Below the pieces are notes generated by a model that was given only the letters and a program-made list of their open reading frames with translations, ran no database searches and was not told where the DNA came from. DNA of 64,000 nucleotides from a virus. Made by a program: the position numbers and the translations under genes. This document shows positions 31,101 to 41,077 of the stretch, in pieces (within the stretch, counting starts at the first letter, position 1; the number at the start of each line of letters is the position of its first letter). The stretch is from IMG/VR virus record IMGVR_UViG_3300008448_000002, positions 130,658-194,657 of that record. One strand, written 5' to 3'.

Positions 31101-34100
31101 CGAACCCTCAATTATTTTTACATCTGTATCGAAAAATTCAACTAAGATTGGTTGCCCAAATGAAAATACAGGCTGTGTACTATCAATTGTAACTTGACTA
31201 TTAAAAGAACTATCAACTAATCCATTTACAAATTGCGTAGGATTTGAACTTGTACCAAGGGTTATTTGTGGTTTTGTTGAATCTGATAATGGGATAACAT
31301 TACTTATTGTTATTTTATCAATTTTCATATCTGCCTGAGATACTAATTTTAATAAGTTCAATGGTTCTGTATAGGTAGAAGGTCTAACTAATACACTGAT
31401 TGAATTATTACTTTTTCCAATTACAGTATTTAATATTTCGGGATTTAAGTTATCAACACCATCCAATACTAATATATCTTTTTCTGTTATTTTTCTTGTT
31501 CCATTAACAGTGTCATTTGAAATATTAGAACTTAGTGTCTTATTCAGTAGTACTAAGCTACCACCACTAGATGAAATCGGAGGGATTATTGAATTAACAT
31601 TATAATCGGTGTCAGTTAATTGATATATGTTCCATTCTGTATTAAAATCACTATATACCCATATTCTATCATCAATTAATATACTTTTTTCTATAACATC
31701 AAATGTTAATGATATAGTCATGTTGCCAATTAATAAAGGTAATGTACCTGTTGCCCTTGTGTATTCAATGTAAATGTCACCTGTGATAAAAATATACGGA
31801 TACACGTCTACGGTATCAATAACTTGTAAATCACTGTATTGAAAGATTATTTCTCCAGATGGTGAATCTTTTCTTATTTTAATAGATGTCCCATTTAAAA
31901 ACTCTTCCTGTACCAATAAACTTATATTCTTAAGTCTATACGGTTTATTGCTAATTTTTGTTATTTTTCTGATTACACTATCGGTTGTCTTATTAAATAT
32001 TTCACTGGTAACAACGGCGGCAGATGGATTTGAAACGAGTGTATCATAGAATAACGAATTGAACTCAGTGTATGTTGTTGCTTGCCATTGAGTATCATCA
32101 ACTCTCGCATATCCCGCCGTTGGGAGAAACCCCTTTTCCTTCTGTGTGTATTTCTTTTTAGACCAATTAACATTATTCAGTGAATGTCTATAATTCCAAG
32201 ATTTATCTTTTTCTAACAATACTCCCTTATTAGAGAAGAAATCATTAATTGTTTTATAATTTTTATTATTTACACCATTTAATACATCAGAAAAGTAATC
32301 TTGTGGATATTCAATCTCTACATCAACAACAATAGAACCCACTGTCGTTAATCCATTAAAATACAGTTTTGTTTCATCTTTTACTGTTTTAAAAGGAGTA
32401 TCACTATTAAAATTAAACTTATACACATCTATTAATGATAAGTCGATAGAGGGTATTATTCTCGAATTGTTATCAATATCACCGATGGTCAAAGTTGGAG
32501 ATACACCATCAAAATACTGTTTAACCTTAACAGTGACATTCTTTATGATAACACTTTTATTAGGAAGTGTTTTAATGATTAAAACTTGTGTTTGCGGAGA
32601 TTGCGGAGTAGACTGTAAATCTAGTGAATATGAAAATGTTTTTTCAGAAACAGTGTCTCTAATATCTATCCCATAGTTATCAAATAAACTATCAAAGTTT
32701 TCAGAATTAAATTCAACTAATTGCGGGTCATTTTTATAATCCACTTGTTTTAATTGAATTTCTAATGTTGGGTTTATTTCTTCAGAACCATAAGAACCTG
32801 TTCTTACTGCCCATTCTTCTAGGAAATCAATATCAGTATTATAGCTAATAAAATCAGAACGCAAGATTCTATCTAATACGGTAGCAGTACCTTTTCTACC
32901 AATCATACCTTGATAAAACTCAAATTGATTAGTTGGGTTTACTAATAGGTTGTTTAAATATTCTCTATCTTGATAGTTGATATTATGTCTTGATAATTCC
33001 TTAATAGTTGTATTAGATGAACCTTCTATTTCAAAATAATTTCTAAAATCATTCGTTGTATTTTCAAAGTTTGGTATTATTCTACTACCTGTAACAATAT
33101 ATCCTGGAGCATCAATTCTGCCTGTCCAGTCAGTACTTCTTAAACCTTGAACTCTTAGTCGTGGTTGTCTTACACCCAGCGTTGGGTCATAGATAATATC
33201 ACCAAATACGGTTTTATTATCTAACAACAAACAATGTTCAATCTCTGTAATGAGTAATCGAGTAAAGAATATTGAATTTTCTTTAGATTGCGGAGTTATA
33301 TCAATACTTCCATCTTTTCTAGTAACAAATGTTTTATTTGCTGGAATCGGTAAACCTTTTTTATCTAAAATACCATATGTTTGTCTATGTAGAGTTTCAA
33401 CATTTTCAATGTTTCCCCTAGAAACAGTATAGGAGATTTTTTGACTGGCTGGACTCAATGCTATAATGTTACCATCGGTTAATGATAAATCACACCAATC
33501 AAGGTATTCAAGAATAGAAGTAGTCCAATCCTCAACTTTATTATTAATATTTACAAATGTAAAATTAAATCCAACACTTTCTAAGTAACGAGAATAAGAG
33601 TAAAGAAAATTCGCCACCTCCTGTTTATCTTTGAACTTTGTTCCGTAATTAATTTTAGTTACAGTATTGTTTGAGTTGGGATTGGAAAATACCGCCACTT
33701 CTCCACTGTCAATTGTAACAGTAGAAGACGTAATGCTCCAGAATGATTCCTCAAAAGAACTAGAGCTTGTATGTGTTTTCAATGCCGAATAAGTGGCATC
33801 TTTATATGAAACGGTGGTGTTAATTGAATAATATGTATTAGGTTTCCAAGACTGGATTTTTACTTTTTTATTTCTATTTGTTGTTAAAGTAAAAGATTCT
33901 CCATTTTCATCTCCCGATATAATGTTGAACCAAGGATAGAGTATGTCATACCCATAAACATAAAATCCATTGTCATTTTTCTCAACGATTACACCGCTAT
34001 AAGTATATTGTTTTTTAACAGGTGATTTATATAGAACAATGTTGGTATTTTCATTCGGTATTTTTTCCGAGTCATCACTAATTACATTAATATCAGAATC

Positions 34101-37100
34101 ATTTGTAAATCCAGCAAATCTATACACTAGCTTTACATCAAGTCCTCTAACAAAATCACCAAAGTTTGTTTTTATATCTTTATTGTTTTTTGCTAATCTA
34201 TCGCTGACCCACTGTTGTATACCATATCGTATAACAGTATTTCCGTTAGAATCTTGCTCTCCATGAACTAAAACATCATTTGTAAGTCTACTACCCGTTT
34301 TTTTATTAACAATTTGATTATTGTCCAATAAAAATATATCATCAGATTCCCAGCCATACTCTACAAAATCTGATGGTTTCATTAGGTAAGATGCCTTGGC
34401 AAAGACAAATGGATATATCGAAGAACGTCTCCACGAGGTTTCTATTGCCCCACCATCCCCAAATGCCCAATTCGCCGCCGCATCTGTCATAGTTGGTTCG
34501 TTCTTGGCGATACCAATCTCTAATGGGTTTAATAAATTACCCGACTCATCCACGGGAATTACATCAAAAATATAAGGTTTCGCATAATCTTGATTGATAC
34601 CTTGTCTTTGACCAAATCTAATATTTCCCGTTGCTATATCATTCCATAATATAAGGTTATTTTTAGTGTAGGGAGAAGTACCATAAGCGGAATCCCACCA
34701 CAACGGCTTTATTGTAAACCCTAATATTTCCCAAGGATGTGTATGAGGTCTGTCTGTATCATAAAACTGTTTATAGATTTCTCTCCAGTTTCCCGCTAAT
34801 TTCTCACCTGTAATATCATCGACTGTTGACCAATTCCAAGTAAAAGGATTTTCTGGATTAAAGGTTGTATTTTTTCTATAATTCAATCCGTTCAAAGAAC
34901 ACCATTTTTCAAAGTAAGATTTTAATATTGAATTAAATTCTTGCTTAGAATACAATCCTGTTCTATTTTTATTACCTATAATTTTTCTGACATCAAAGAA
35001 TGGCACTTCTCTTTCTTTAATAGTATTTTGTATACTTTCAATAATTTTATTTTCATATGCCAATATTACATTATCTCTATAGTCTTGATTGGCTTTAATA
35101 ACACTACCATCGTGTAATTGTATTAAATATTTTGGTTCTAGTAATGTGTCATCAAAAAGTATCATTGGTGTGTATAAGGGATACATACCTAGATAAGATG
35201 GTGTAGCTGGTGAATAGGTTGAATTATATACAGAATTACTTGTTTTGCCTATTCCAGAATTATAAAATGGAAATGATTTTGTTTTTCCGATGTTTATTTC
35301 CTGTATAACACTGTCAATCCAAACAGATGTTGGGTCAGTATCTATGAATGTTCCATCATTATAGTATTGTTGGATTTTTTGTTCAAACTTGTTTCTCCAA
35401 CGCAAATATTCAGATTCAGAATAGTCTATCGCCTCTATTAAATCTAAGTTTGTGTTTGCCATTAAAAGCATCGCCTTCAATAACGAAGATGATTGTTGTA
35501 CAATCTGTGTGCCCAATCCTTTATTTTTTGAAATATCTCGCCAGTTGTTTCTATCGTATTCACTACCTATGAATCCAATTTGTCCCTTGATGATTTCTGA
35601 GAAATGATTGTATACATCACCTTTTGATACATGTGATATAGGCTGATTTAAAGGATTTAATGATAGGTTAATAGGAATTTCATAGTATCCTTTAATGTTA
35701 GGTTCGATGGCACTTGTAAGGGTTTTTACGGTTATTACATCATTATCCTGTACATCACTCAATATTAAGTCATAATCATTGATTAGATAATCTGTGTTTA
35801 TTTCTAGTTTAATTAGATTCTTGAAGACCTCTGTTGATGTCGCTAAAGTAGAGTTTTGACTAATTTTATAGTTTTTCTTATTATTTTTAATGATAAACTC
35901 GTCTACAACCTTTTGTGATGATTTATCATCTCGTTTAAACCAATTATTGTTATATACATCCTTAAAGGTATCATGATAATAGAAATACCCAGAAAATGTC
36001 TGTAGGTTGTCATCAAAGAAATATGTATACTTTTCTGTTGTTAAATAGTTTTCAAAAACAATCTCGCCATTATTATCATATCTTAGTGTTTTATTAATCT
36101 CCGTGTCAATAGGCGATGCCGTATTAATAGCATACCCAAATACTCGTGACCCCTTAAATGATGAAGATGGGTAAATATTTGTATCATCAATTCTATTTTT
36201 CGTTGAATCGAATAAATCAAACAAAGGTTCAATATTAACATCGGTCTTTTCTTGGCATAATTTCCAGTTTAACCCCGTATAAAACACCTCTTTATTATTG
36301 TAGTAATTTCCACTTAATATTTTAGTCATTTCATAGATTACGGGGGCACCGTTAATATCTATACCATCATTCTCAACGGATATTTGTATTCTGTTATTAT
36401 TAGTACTAATAGAAAATATTTTATTATTAATCAATGGATTGGCATCATTGGTGACTAGTATTCTTACCGTTCCCCTATTGTTGATGTATGCCAAATCTAC
36501 TTCAACACCATCAATTAACCCCATTGTAGTCTTATCAATATAGGATAAAATATCTGTATTTCTATCATCAAGAAAATCAACAGAACTTCTTCTGGTTATA
36601 CCATAATTATATAATTTTAGGTTTCTATCAAATTGTAGTATTGGTCTACTTGCTTGCGCCTCTTTTAGAAATTCTTCTGTTAGCCCAGCGTCATTTAATA
36701 CATCAATGTGAAACCATCTATTAGTTACCGACCATCTTGATGTATTTGTTGAACCTCTTTGAACTGTAATATAATCTTTTTTTGAAGTGACACTTGGGTC
36801 AATAACATCATCGGGAACTAAAACAATATATTCTCCAACACCCTCAACAATAAAAATTTTATCATTATTATCTGTATTTTTATCATTAGTTATCAATATT
36901 CTTTGACCACTTGATAAGGTTGTATTGTTTAAAAATGTATGGGTTGTTTTTCCTACTATAGATTCAATATCAGAACTTCCATATACCTCTACCACTGAAT
37001 TAATAGAAGGTGCTGTTGTCAAATCAACATCTGTATCACCTGTTACATATGTAAAAGTTGCTACTTCTCCATCTACTAAAACAATAATTTCAGATAAAGG

Positions 37101-37658
37101 ATACGCAATGCTATTAGGTAAAGAAAACTTTGTTGTAATACCATCACCGACAAATTTGTTTTTATCACCAATGATGGTAATAGGGGTAAAATCAACATTT
37201 ACCCAATAATAATTTCTAAAGTTTAAAAACGAATCAATATCAATCGGAGGACACCATGAGTAATAATCAGAGGCGAATAATCTCGAATGATTATTTGTTA
37301 ATCCACCATTATCATCAATACTTTTAATAAAATCATCATAAAACAATAAGGATTGTATAGATAAATCCGCCGCCTTACTTACCATTGCTGGTTCTAATTG
37401 ATAAAATTTTCTCGAATCATCGGGTTCAACAAGATAAAAATCTTTATCTTTATCCCACCACACGGGTTTTTGCCCAATATAACCATTAATAGATTTTGCT
37501 TTTCCAGCATTAAATAAATTATCAATCGTAGACGAGAAAAACTTTTTAAGAGTATCTGTTTGATGTACTGCTGGTAAGAGGTCAATCGGACTCCTCTTTT
37601 CCGTTTTAACTCTGTCAATATATGTCGGGGTAAACTTATAATCTATTGGTTTTTTCAT
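25134..37658 (-). CDS. Giant (4174 aa) baseplate wedge / virion structural protein
   Basis: Uninterrupted 12.5-kb ORF between gp6-like and collar genes; TATAAATA at 37689-96; EVKPYHVKVR motif. Confidence 0.75.
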   Translation of the reverse strand: MKKPIDYKFTPTYIDRVKTEKRSPIDLLPAVHQTDTLKKFFSSTIDNLFNAGKAKSINGYIGQKPVWWDKDKDFYLVEPDDSRKFYQLEPAMVSKAADLSIQSLLFYDDFIKSIDDNGGLTNNHSRLFASDYYSWCPPIDIDSFLNFRNYYWVNVDFTPITIIGDKNKFVGDGITTKFSLPNSIAYPLSEIIVLVDGEVATFTYVTGDTDVDLTTAPSINSVVEVYGSSDIESIVGKTTHTFLNNTTLSSGQRILITNDKNTDNNDKIFIVEGVGEYIVLVPDDVIDPSVTSKKDYITVQRGSTNTSRWSVTNRWFHIDVLNDAGLTEEFLKEAQASRPILQFDRNLKLYNYGITRRSSVDFLDDRNTDILSYIDKTTMGLIDGVEVDLAYINNRGTVRILVTNDANPLINNKIFSISTNNNRIQISVENDGIDINGAPVIYEMTKILSGNYYNNKEVFYTGLNWKLCQEKTDVNIEPLFDLFDSTKNRIDDTNIYPSSSFKGSRVFGYAINTASPIDTEINKTLRYDNNGEIVFENYLTTEKYTYFFDDNLQTFSGYFYYHDTFKDVYNNNWFKRDDKSSQKVVDEFIIKNNKKNYKISQNSTLATSTEVFKNLIKLEINTDYLINDYDLILSDVQDNDVITVKTLTSAIEPNIKGYYEIPINLSLNPLNQPISHVSKGDVYNHFSEIIKGQIGFIGSEYDRNNWRDISKNKGLGTQIVQQSSSLLKAMLLMANTNLDLIEAIDYSESEYLRWRNKFEQKIQQYYNDGTFIDTDPTSVWIDSVIQEINIGKTKSFPFYNSGIGKTSNSVYNSTYSPATPSYLGMYPLYTPMILFDDTLLEPKYLIQLHDGSVIKANQDYRDNVILAYENKIIESIQNTIKEREVPFFDVRKIIGNKNRTGLYSKQEFNSILKSYFEKWCSLNGLNYRKNTTFNPENPFTWNWSTVDDITGEKLAGNWREIYKQFYDTDRPHTHPWEILGFTIKPLWWDSAYGTSPYTKNNLILWNDIATGNIRFGQRQGINQDYAKPYIFDVIPVDESGNLLNPLEIGIAKNEPTMTDAAANWAFGDGGAIETSWRRSSIYPFVFAKASYLMKPSDFVEYGWESDDIFLLDNNQIVNKKTGSRLTNDVLVHGEQDSNGNTVIRYGIQQWVSDRLAKNNKDIKTNFGDFVRGLDVKLVYRFAGFTNDSDINVISDDSEKIPNENTNIVLYKSPVKKQYTYSGVIVEKNDNGFYVYGYDILYPWFNIISGDENGESFTLTTNRNKKVKIQSWKPNTYYSINTTVSYKDATYSALKTHTSSSSFEESFWSITSSTVTIDSGEVAVFSNPNSNNTVTKINYGTKFKDKQEVANFLYSYSRYLESVGFNFTFVNINNKVEDWTTSILEYLDWCDLSLTDGNIIALSPASQKISYTVSRGNIENVETLHRQTYGILDKKGLPIPANKTFVTRKDGSIDITPQSKENSIFFTRLLITEIEHCLLLDNKTVFGDIIYDPTLGVRQPRLRVQGLRSTDWTGRIDAPGYIVTGSRIIPNFENTTNDFRNYFEIEGSSNTTIKELSRHNINYQDREYLNNLLVNPTNQFEFYQGMIGRKGTATVLDRILRSDFISYNTDIDFLEEWAVRTGSYGSEEINPTLEIQLKQVDYKNDPQLVEFNSENFDSLFDNYGIDIRDTVSEKTFSYSLDLQSTPQSPQTQVLIIKTLPNKSVIIKNVTVKVKQYFDGVSPTLTIGDIDNNSRIIPSIDLSLIDVYKFNFNSDTPFKTVKDETKLYFNGLTTVGSIVVDVEIEYPQDYFSDVLNGVNNKNYKTINDFFSNKGVLLEKDKSWNYRHSLNNVNWSKKKYTQKEKGFLPTAGYARVDDTQWQATTYTEFNSLFYDTLVSNPSAAVVTSEIFNKTTDSVIRKITKISNKPYRLKNISLLVQEEFLNGTSIKIRKDSPSGEIIFQYSDLQVIDTVDVYPYIFITGDIYIEYTRATGTLPLLIGNMTISLTFDVIEKSILIDDRIWVYSDFNTEWNIYQLTDTDYNVNSIIPPISSSGGSLVLLNKTLSSNISNDTVNGTRKITEKDILVLDGVDNLNPEILNTVIGKSNNSISVLVRPSTYTEPLNLLKLVSQADMKIDKITISNVIPLSDSTKPQITLGTSSNPTQFVNGLVDSSFNSQVTIDSTQPVFSFGQPILVEFFDTDVKIIEGSTTVPIEMIRRGGIYQIPSNVQILNGGSGYEVAPQVTINGIQGVKATANISGFVARVNITNSGFFYTTAPEVFFVGGDGTAAQAFATVVDGEVTEITLVPVGGTGFKYKTPPTVIISGGGGFGATAEAILNYSIEYISIDTIGSCNYTGTPITVDIDAPTSPIFTNTQATAELNLTDSANKTRVMFEVTNPDNTVNVYGYTGGPVSPTLSGSGVEFNSPNGSVGDWRQIFNLPIPSSVTEDLVYKVKILSAYDFLTNELVDFDDTFTTFVTVLRTGDIDLKSGLTYTINNIPIDIDDDLILTLDADGNNGLINVTIDYSFDKALEIFNNYDNTPIVLTDDATNGDVYSLSPLRFTTLSDMSLSGRQPIRGWRNTDLSFVDNVQTPNDYWGIYQYNNGWIQQLRETEKNDQSIFAKAIIYDNLTNTIKQTLQLFDPRKGYIPGVIDREITYKIEYDPAIYDFSKEDNTTIDSNRSWNSKQTGLLWWDVSTVKYYEYESSTDEYKWRNWGKLLPKASIDIYEWTKSPVLPSEYAALVARTKNNTLTEKYTGIVKNIESYATSIEWNDDTKTNQTFYYFWVKDSQKTNIKNRKLTAQQVANTISNPNNSNIPWFAAIDTNKLLIGGIGNYLNDTSTIFSLDWNESKIQNSWHKEYTLISQQSKSNDVPDLLWKKMTDSLIGWDNSVTVKEVSIVTTTALTPNSIELRVVDSSELADSGEITMGNIIVTYKSKFGNTLQGVVSSEYRPIGTIGIQTNTVYNENTVPQSNLTKKEVYGINFRPRQTMFIPEVNSIGRYSASRDARKTLVEKLNSIFLKYPIIDDRLEWESIFLNEDKLPDISQYSFEAESIADRNIISTSLLLTSGQKILIKNTSEYFGFWTLWKYQPTNPFSDGFGFILESAQKYKNQENYIWNRVDWYSTGFDKNDTPSYFFDTLQDLYFSQLNLTLNDTSNIIVEVKDNGTGRWEWFISENSQWKTVAREKATISLTDVFYNTDKVIYGFYGYNIEDIYRRDGSYELKFILDSLKDKLLLSIEKNDLFITMIRKSYSQGINVDWAFKTSFMKIAGTSNKLIQSPVVTKNKTNDILSFVNEVKPYHVKVRDFNDTFSSDIDNTLVSSTDFDNPVYFDTNTLTYRILDENNSTDVAILNTSPWNDWYSNYTKTNNESWDINWNPVRKMKTSIVFDRNSSTTSSGWNSIPWDAFEVVYVNNRMIYNFSALEQEYRANTSLNYNDRVVNTLLDRDALEGTTTLISGTIVYVKENNRYYMYDATNLLWKEFFAIGWDRQSGAYDRIMSHYQPDLTEQRKDTNLLISGAAFRGTTIKGNDLDKNEVDCDTLNSWDNGFGWDTSRVTFVDDAELYTDLSKTYRKNDIDYKDMVVSTIQERNYLSQNSLVVNGTIVTVTLEPIQYFIWDTLLNQWREFYTIAWDSSGDCRFANKINVASYIDINLIGNQPNEINGDFEETDASTYTSSDILVNGGAFQQSRWDSDRPEELVKTKTNDVLNFNFYQKSDSDFADYITALNSWTQNTIYTKGDIVKNSGKIYTCVSSGTSNVSGTGPQSTTNNIIVDGTTSWKYSDSTTANVNYYANTKPLSFEMFKSSLENWSIKRKLDSELLLDNDVLNNSTSITVQYTGSSSNIFEDGILHNPENPSSTFVNKIRKSFAIVLKTINSGVTSITTATKNSKNLYVNQIVYVRESTNFSVWARGKITAISSPSGGNVTITLSDVSINGTIITTKKFYLETLDISKIPGILNVSNEKILYWKVVDNQDGTFELKNIERGFAGTMTGKSCKRDRIIHNSVTNEIDISTYSIPTSWNGDFSKLYVYVRKYKDETVYGYDSKQYGVDFTIVNNQIKFIKLFATQPLSLAINKNHKYINSASHGQKDIQQTVDENSLRGDIIVDVVADSWNDANDITHTSILSDVETVRFNVSTGTKRPVYDLSNQQALPLVNQTINRVLWKTTGFENQTDLIQRTNDWIQYLDNSSHNGASVVK

Positions 37659-37688
37659 GTTTATACTTGTAACTCTTGGTTCATCTAT

Positions 37689-37696
37689 TATTTATA
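37689..37696 (-). promoter_or_regulatory. T4-late promoter TATAAATA
   Basis: Exact consensus 31 nt upstream of the 4174-aa ORF. Confidence 0.7.
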
Positions 37697-37716
37697 AAAG
37701 TAATTAAAACAGGTTT

Positions 37717-40700
37717 TTACTTAATTCTTAGACTTGATATAGTATTTGAGGGTATGATGTCAATCAAATCCACTGTCAATGAAGAGAAAAATAACTCATC
37801 GGGTTCAGAACGTATTTCATATAATCCACCAAATGATAAATCTTCGTTCAAGGGAACTATGACAATGCTACTGATTGAATTAATCATCTGTCTATGAATG
37901 AAAGCGGATAATTCACTAAAATAAAATGTCTCGCCGAAATCCCATCCTGCCACATCAAAGAATGAATTAACAGTTTCAATAATAGTTGACTTAATTTCTC
38001 CATCACTAATAGTCGTTCCTTCTAGTTTAACCACTTTGAACCTTGCTTTTAATTCTGCCCTTGCCCCATTACCAAATAAAAACTTAAACTTAGAAGGTCT
38101 GAATATCAACTCATCACTAAACATTTTTAATTCTTTCAAACTATTGAAATCACTTGTTAATGTTGTTTCTGATGGTGGAGTTGGAATTGTAGTGGGATTT
38201 GCCCCATTGTTATACCAGTTGATGACTTCTTGATTATAATCAGTTGTTAATACAAATACATCAATGATGTTAGATACGCTTGGGTCAATTCTCGTTTGAG
38301 AGTTAGCATAATGATTCCATTGAAACTTTATGTTTTTTCTACCAATATTAGCCTGATATAAAGTTGGGTCTGTAATTAAGGTTGCCTGTGCGGGGTTTGT
38401 AAGGTTTGGTGAACCAGCTACAGTCAATAGACTCTTCCAAAACACGCCCTGTTCTGTTTCTACGTTATAGTAGAAGAATACCTGTAGGGGTGGGAGGGAA
38501 GGTATAGCAGCATTATCAGGAACAGCCACAACATCGTTTGTGATGGTATAATATTCATAACCATTGATATCTACTTGTCTTTTATGAAATATCCAAGATG
38601 TATCCGCGACAATTTCAGAAAATATTTGTGGATTATCGGGTTGACCATCTAAATCACTATCGGTGTAAGATATTCTTACTCTTCTTGGTTCACTAAATCC
38701 ATCTTTATAAGTGTATTGTTCTTTTAAATCAAACACTTTATCAAGACCGAGAATATTATTTAATGATGGATTTAGGTTGATATTCAATACCTTAATCTGG
38801 TCTGTTACTGCTTTTCTTGTAATAGGGTCAATGCTTTTTGAGGTATTGGTGTAGTAAAACTTTGTATCCTTTTCACTTTCAAAAACGTATCTTAAACCTC
38901 TTGTGGTTATTTTCCAATTTAATGTGGAATACTCAATCTTAATTAACCAACTTGAATCTGATTGAGTATTAATTGTATCAAAATCATACAATGACGTTAA
39001 ATTAATGGATGATGTATAAATTACTCTCCATGATTGACTTCTGAAATCGAAAGATATACCAAATGTTCTTTTTTGTGTGATGGCATCAAGAATGTTTGTT
39101 ATTTCTGTCCCACTAAAAACAGTCTTAAAGGCAGGTAATATTTGTAAGACAACATCATCATTAGCTACATTTTCATTTAATTTAACATACCCCTCGCCAT
39201 TAGGATAAAAGGCATTGCCATCACCATTCACATTTGAAATAGATACCCAGCCAGCATTTTGAAACTTAACGAGAGCACCTTTTCTGATATAAATTTGTTT
39301 GCCTATGGCATTATCACCAATGGCTGTTGGAATATTAGTTGTTGATACAAATATACCAGAACTAGAATATATCGAGTTTGTACTCTTTTTCCATTTAATA
39401 GAAGGAGTAGTATAAACAAAATCATACAAAGGTGATTTACTAACACCCTTTAACCAGTTATCATATAAGAAACTCAGTAATTCATCGTTTTTTAAAACAG
39501 GTGAAATATAATCTGTGACAATTTCTTGATTTGTCACGCCACTATTAAGAGATACTTCATCGTAACTATTAAATAATTCTTTATAAATTGCTCCATCATC
39601 GGAGAAAATCTTTGTATTTTGATAGTTTCCTGTTGGGTCGTTTAATTCTAAATATCTACTTTGACCAGAATAAATCCTATTGATTGCCTTGACTTTTTTA
39701 GCTTGGTTATAGGTAGATGGAATGATATTGTAATCTTCACCTGATACCATTCTACCCTGAGTAGAATAAACTTGTGGGGCACGTCTTTTGATTTCATCGT
39801 TTGTTTCGCCAACAACACTGTTAGAAATTTGATACTTTAAAGAAAATGACAGTGATAATCGTTGAGAGTTACCAATAGTATCAAAATAGGGAATTGTTAT
39901 TTGTTTATCGGTAATATCAGATGGTTTTATAGTGTATACATCATTTTCACTTACTCTAAACCATGAACGAAGGTTTCCAGTTGGTATTTGCCCAAATCTT
40001 CCATCTCCAAATCTTAAAGCAATTTTATCATCTTGCTTTGTAATTACTTGAAATATATTACGAATAGTTACATTAAAATTATTAAATGTTATATTTTGGT
40101 CATTGATAATGATTCTCGATAAATCATCGCTTGGTAAGAATCCAATTTTACTCCAATTGCCATTAGAAACGATATTTCCTTGGTCATTAACTGTTTGTAC
40201 CCAAACATCGGTATCATTGATATTACTAACATCAACATTGATTATTCTATTTTCTACAGGTTCATCAACAAGATAATCTTGTTTTTGTAGTTGACCTTGT
40301 TTGAAGTAAAAGAAAAATCCCGTATCATCCGAACTATTGCCATTACCATCGTTTCTATAGAGAAGATTGAAGGCGGCTTTAGTATCAGGACTTCTCTCTA
40401 TAAAACCATTAGTTGTATTAAAGTCAATATTTACTACTTCAAAGTTTAGATTTTTGTTATTAACAAAAGCAGTAAAAGGATATTGACCTGAGTTAATCGC
40501 AACATTATCAAATCTATATAATTGTGTTTCTGTACTTTGTATAATTTCAGTCTTCAACGGGTTTCCATATTGATTAGATGATGTTAAAGAAGAGTTTAAT
40601 ACTAATACCCATTGTTCAAACCAATCAGGATTATTCGTATCATCCCAAATAATTGTTTGACCATTAAGGTTATTACCACTTGAATCAAAAATATCTTCTG

Positions 40701-41076
40701 TTGTTGATATTTGTGTAATCTTCAATAAACCTCTAGCGGGGAGGTTTCGCTTTGGTTGATAGCTTAAGTATCTTGAAAGTCTTAAAACACTTTCTCTTCT
40801 TCTCGCAGTATCAAGAAAGTTTTCTCTTGAGTTAATATCTGTTCTGAAAGCTATTGATTGCCCTAAGTATGCCATCAAGTCAATTAACGCTACAAACTCA
40901 CTTGAGTTAATCCAATCATTGAAATCTTCTGGATATGTTCTTCTGACATAATCCGTCATCGCTTGACGAATTGTATCAAAATCATATGCGTTTAAATCTA
41001 CCTCTGAAAATGCTCTATATAGTAATAGCCAGTTTTCTCCAGCAAATAATTCACTCTGTCTTTGTGAGGCTGACAT
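37717..41076 (-). CDS. gp6: Baseplate wedge subunit, gp6-like
   Basis: YDFDTIR, FND...SS....LIDL.AY, FLDTA..RESV..L...L.Y.P, RFGDG..G and Q.RMV..EDY motifs; start moved to ATG 41076. Confidence 0.88.
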   Translation of the reverse strand: MSASQRQSELFAGENWLLLYRAFSEVDLNAYDFDTIRQAMTDYVRRTYPEDFNDWINSSEFVALIDLMAYLGQSIAFRTDINSRENFLDTARRRESVLRLSRYLSYQPKRNLPARGLLKITQISTTEDIFDSSGNNLNGQTIIWDDTNNPDWFEQWVLVLNSSLTSSNQYGNPLKTEIIQSTETQLYRFDNVAINSGQYPFTAFVNNKNLNFEVVNIDFNTTNGFIERSPDTKAAFNLLYRNDGNGNSSDDTGFFFYFKQGQLQKQDYLVDEPVENRIINVDVSNINDTDVWVQTVNDQGNIVSNGNWSKIGFLPSDDLSRIIINDQNITFNNFNVTIRNIFQVITKQDDKIALRFGDGRFGQIPTGNLRSWFRVSENDVYTIKPSDITDKQITIPYFDTIGNSQRLSLSFSLKYQISNSVVGETNDEIKRRAPQVYSTQGRMVSGEDYNIIPSTYNQAKKVKAINRIYSGQSRYLELNDPTGNYQNTKIFSDDGAIYKELFNSYDEVSLNSGVTNQEIVTDYISPVLKNDELLSFLYDNWLKGVSKSPLYDFVYTTPSIKWKKSTNSIYSSSGIFVSTTNIPTAIGDNAIGKQIYIRKGALVKFQNAGWVSISNVNGDGNAFYPNGEGYVKLNENVANDDVVLQILPAFKTVFSGTEITNILDAITQKRTFGISFDFRSQSWRVIYTSSINLTSLYDFDTINTQSDSSWLIKIEYSTLNWKITTRGLRYVFESEKDTKFYYTNTSKSIDPITRKAVTDQIKVLNINLNPSLNNILGLDKVFDLKEQYTYKDGFSEPRRVRISYTDSDLDGQPDNPQIFSEIVADTSWIFHKRQVDINGYEYYTITNDVVAVPDNAAIPSLPPLQVFFYYNVETEQGVFWKSLLTVAGSPNLTNPAQATLITDPTLYQANIGRKNIKFQWNHYANSQTRIDPSVSNIIDVFVLTTDYNQEVINWYNNGANPTTIPTPPSETTLTSDFNSLKELKMFSDELIFRPSKFKFLFGNGARAELKARFKVVKLEGTTISDGEIKSTIIETVNSFFDVAGWDFGETFYFSELSAFIHRQMINSISSIVIVPLNEDLSFGGLYEIRSEPDELFFSSLTVDLIDIIPSNTISSLRIK

Positions 41077-41077
41077 T

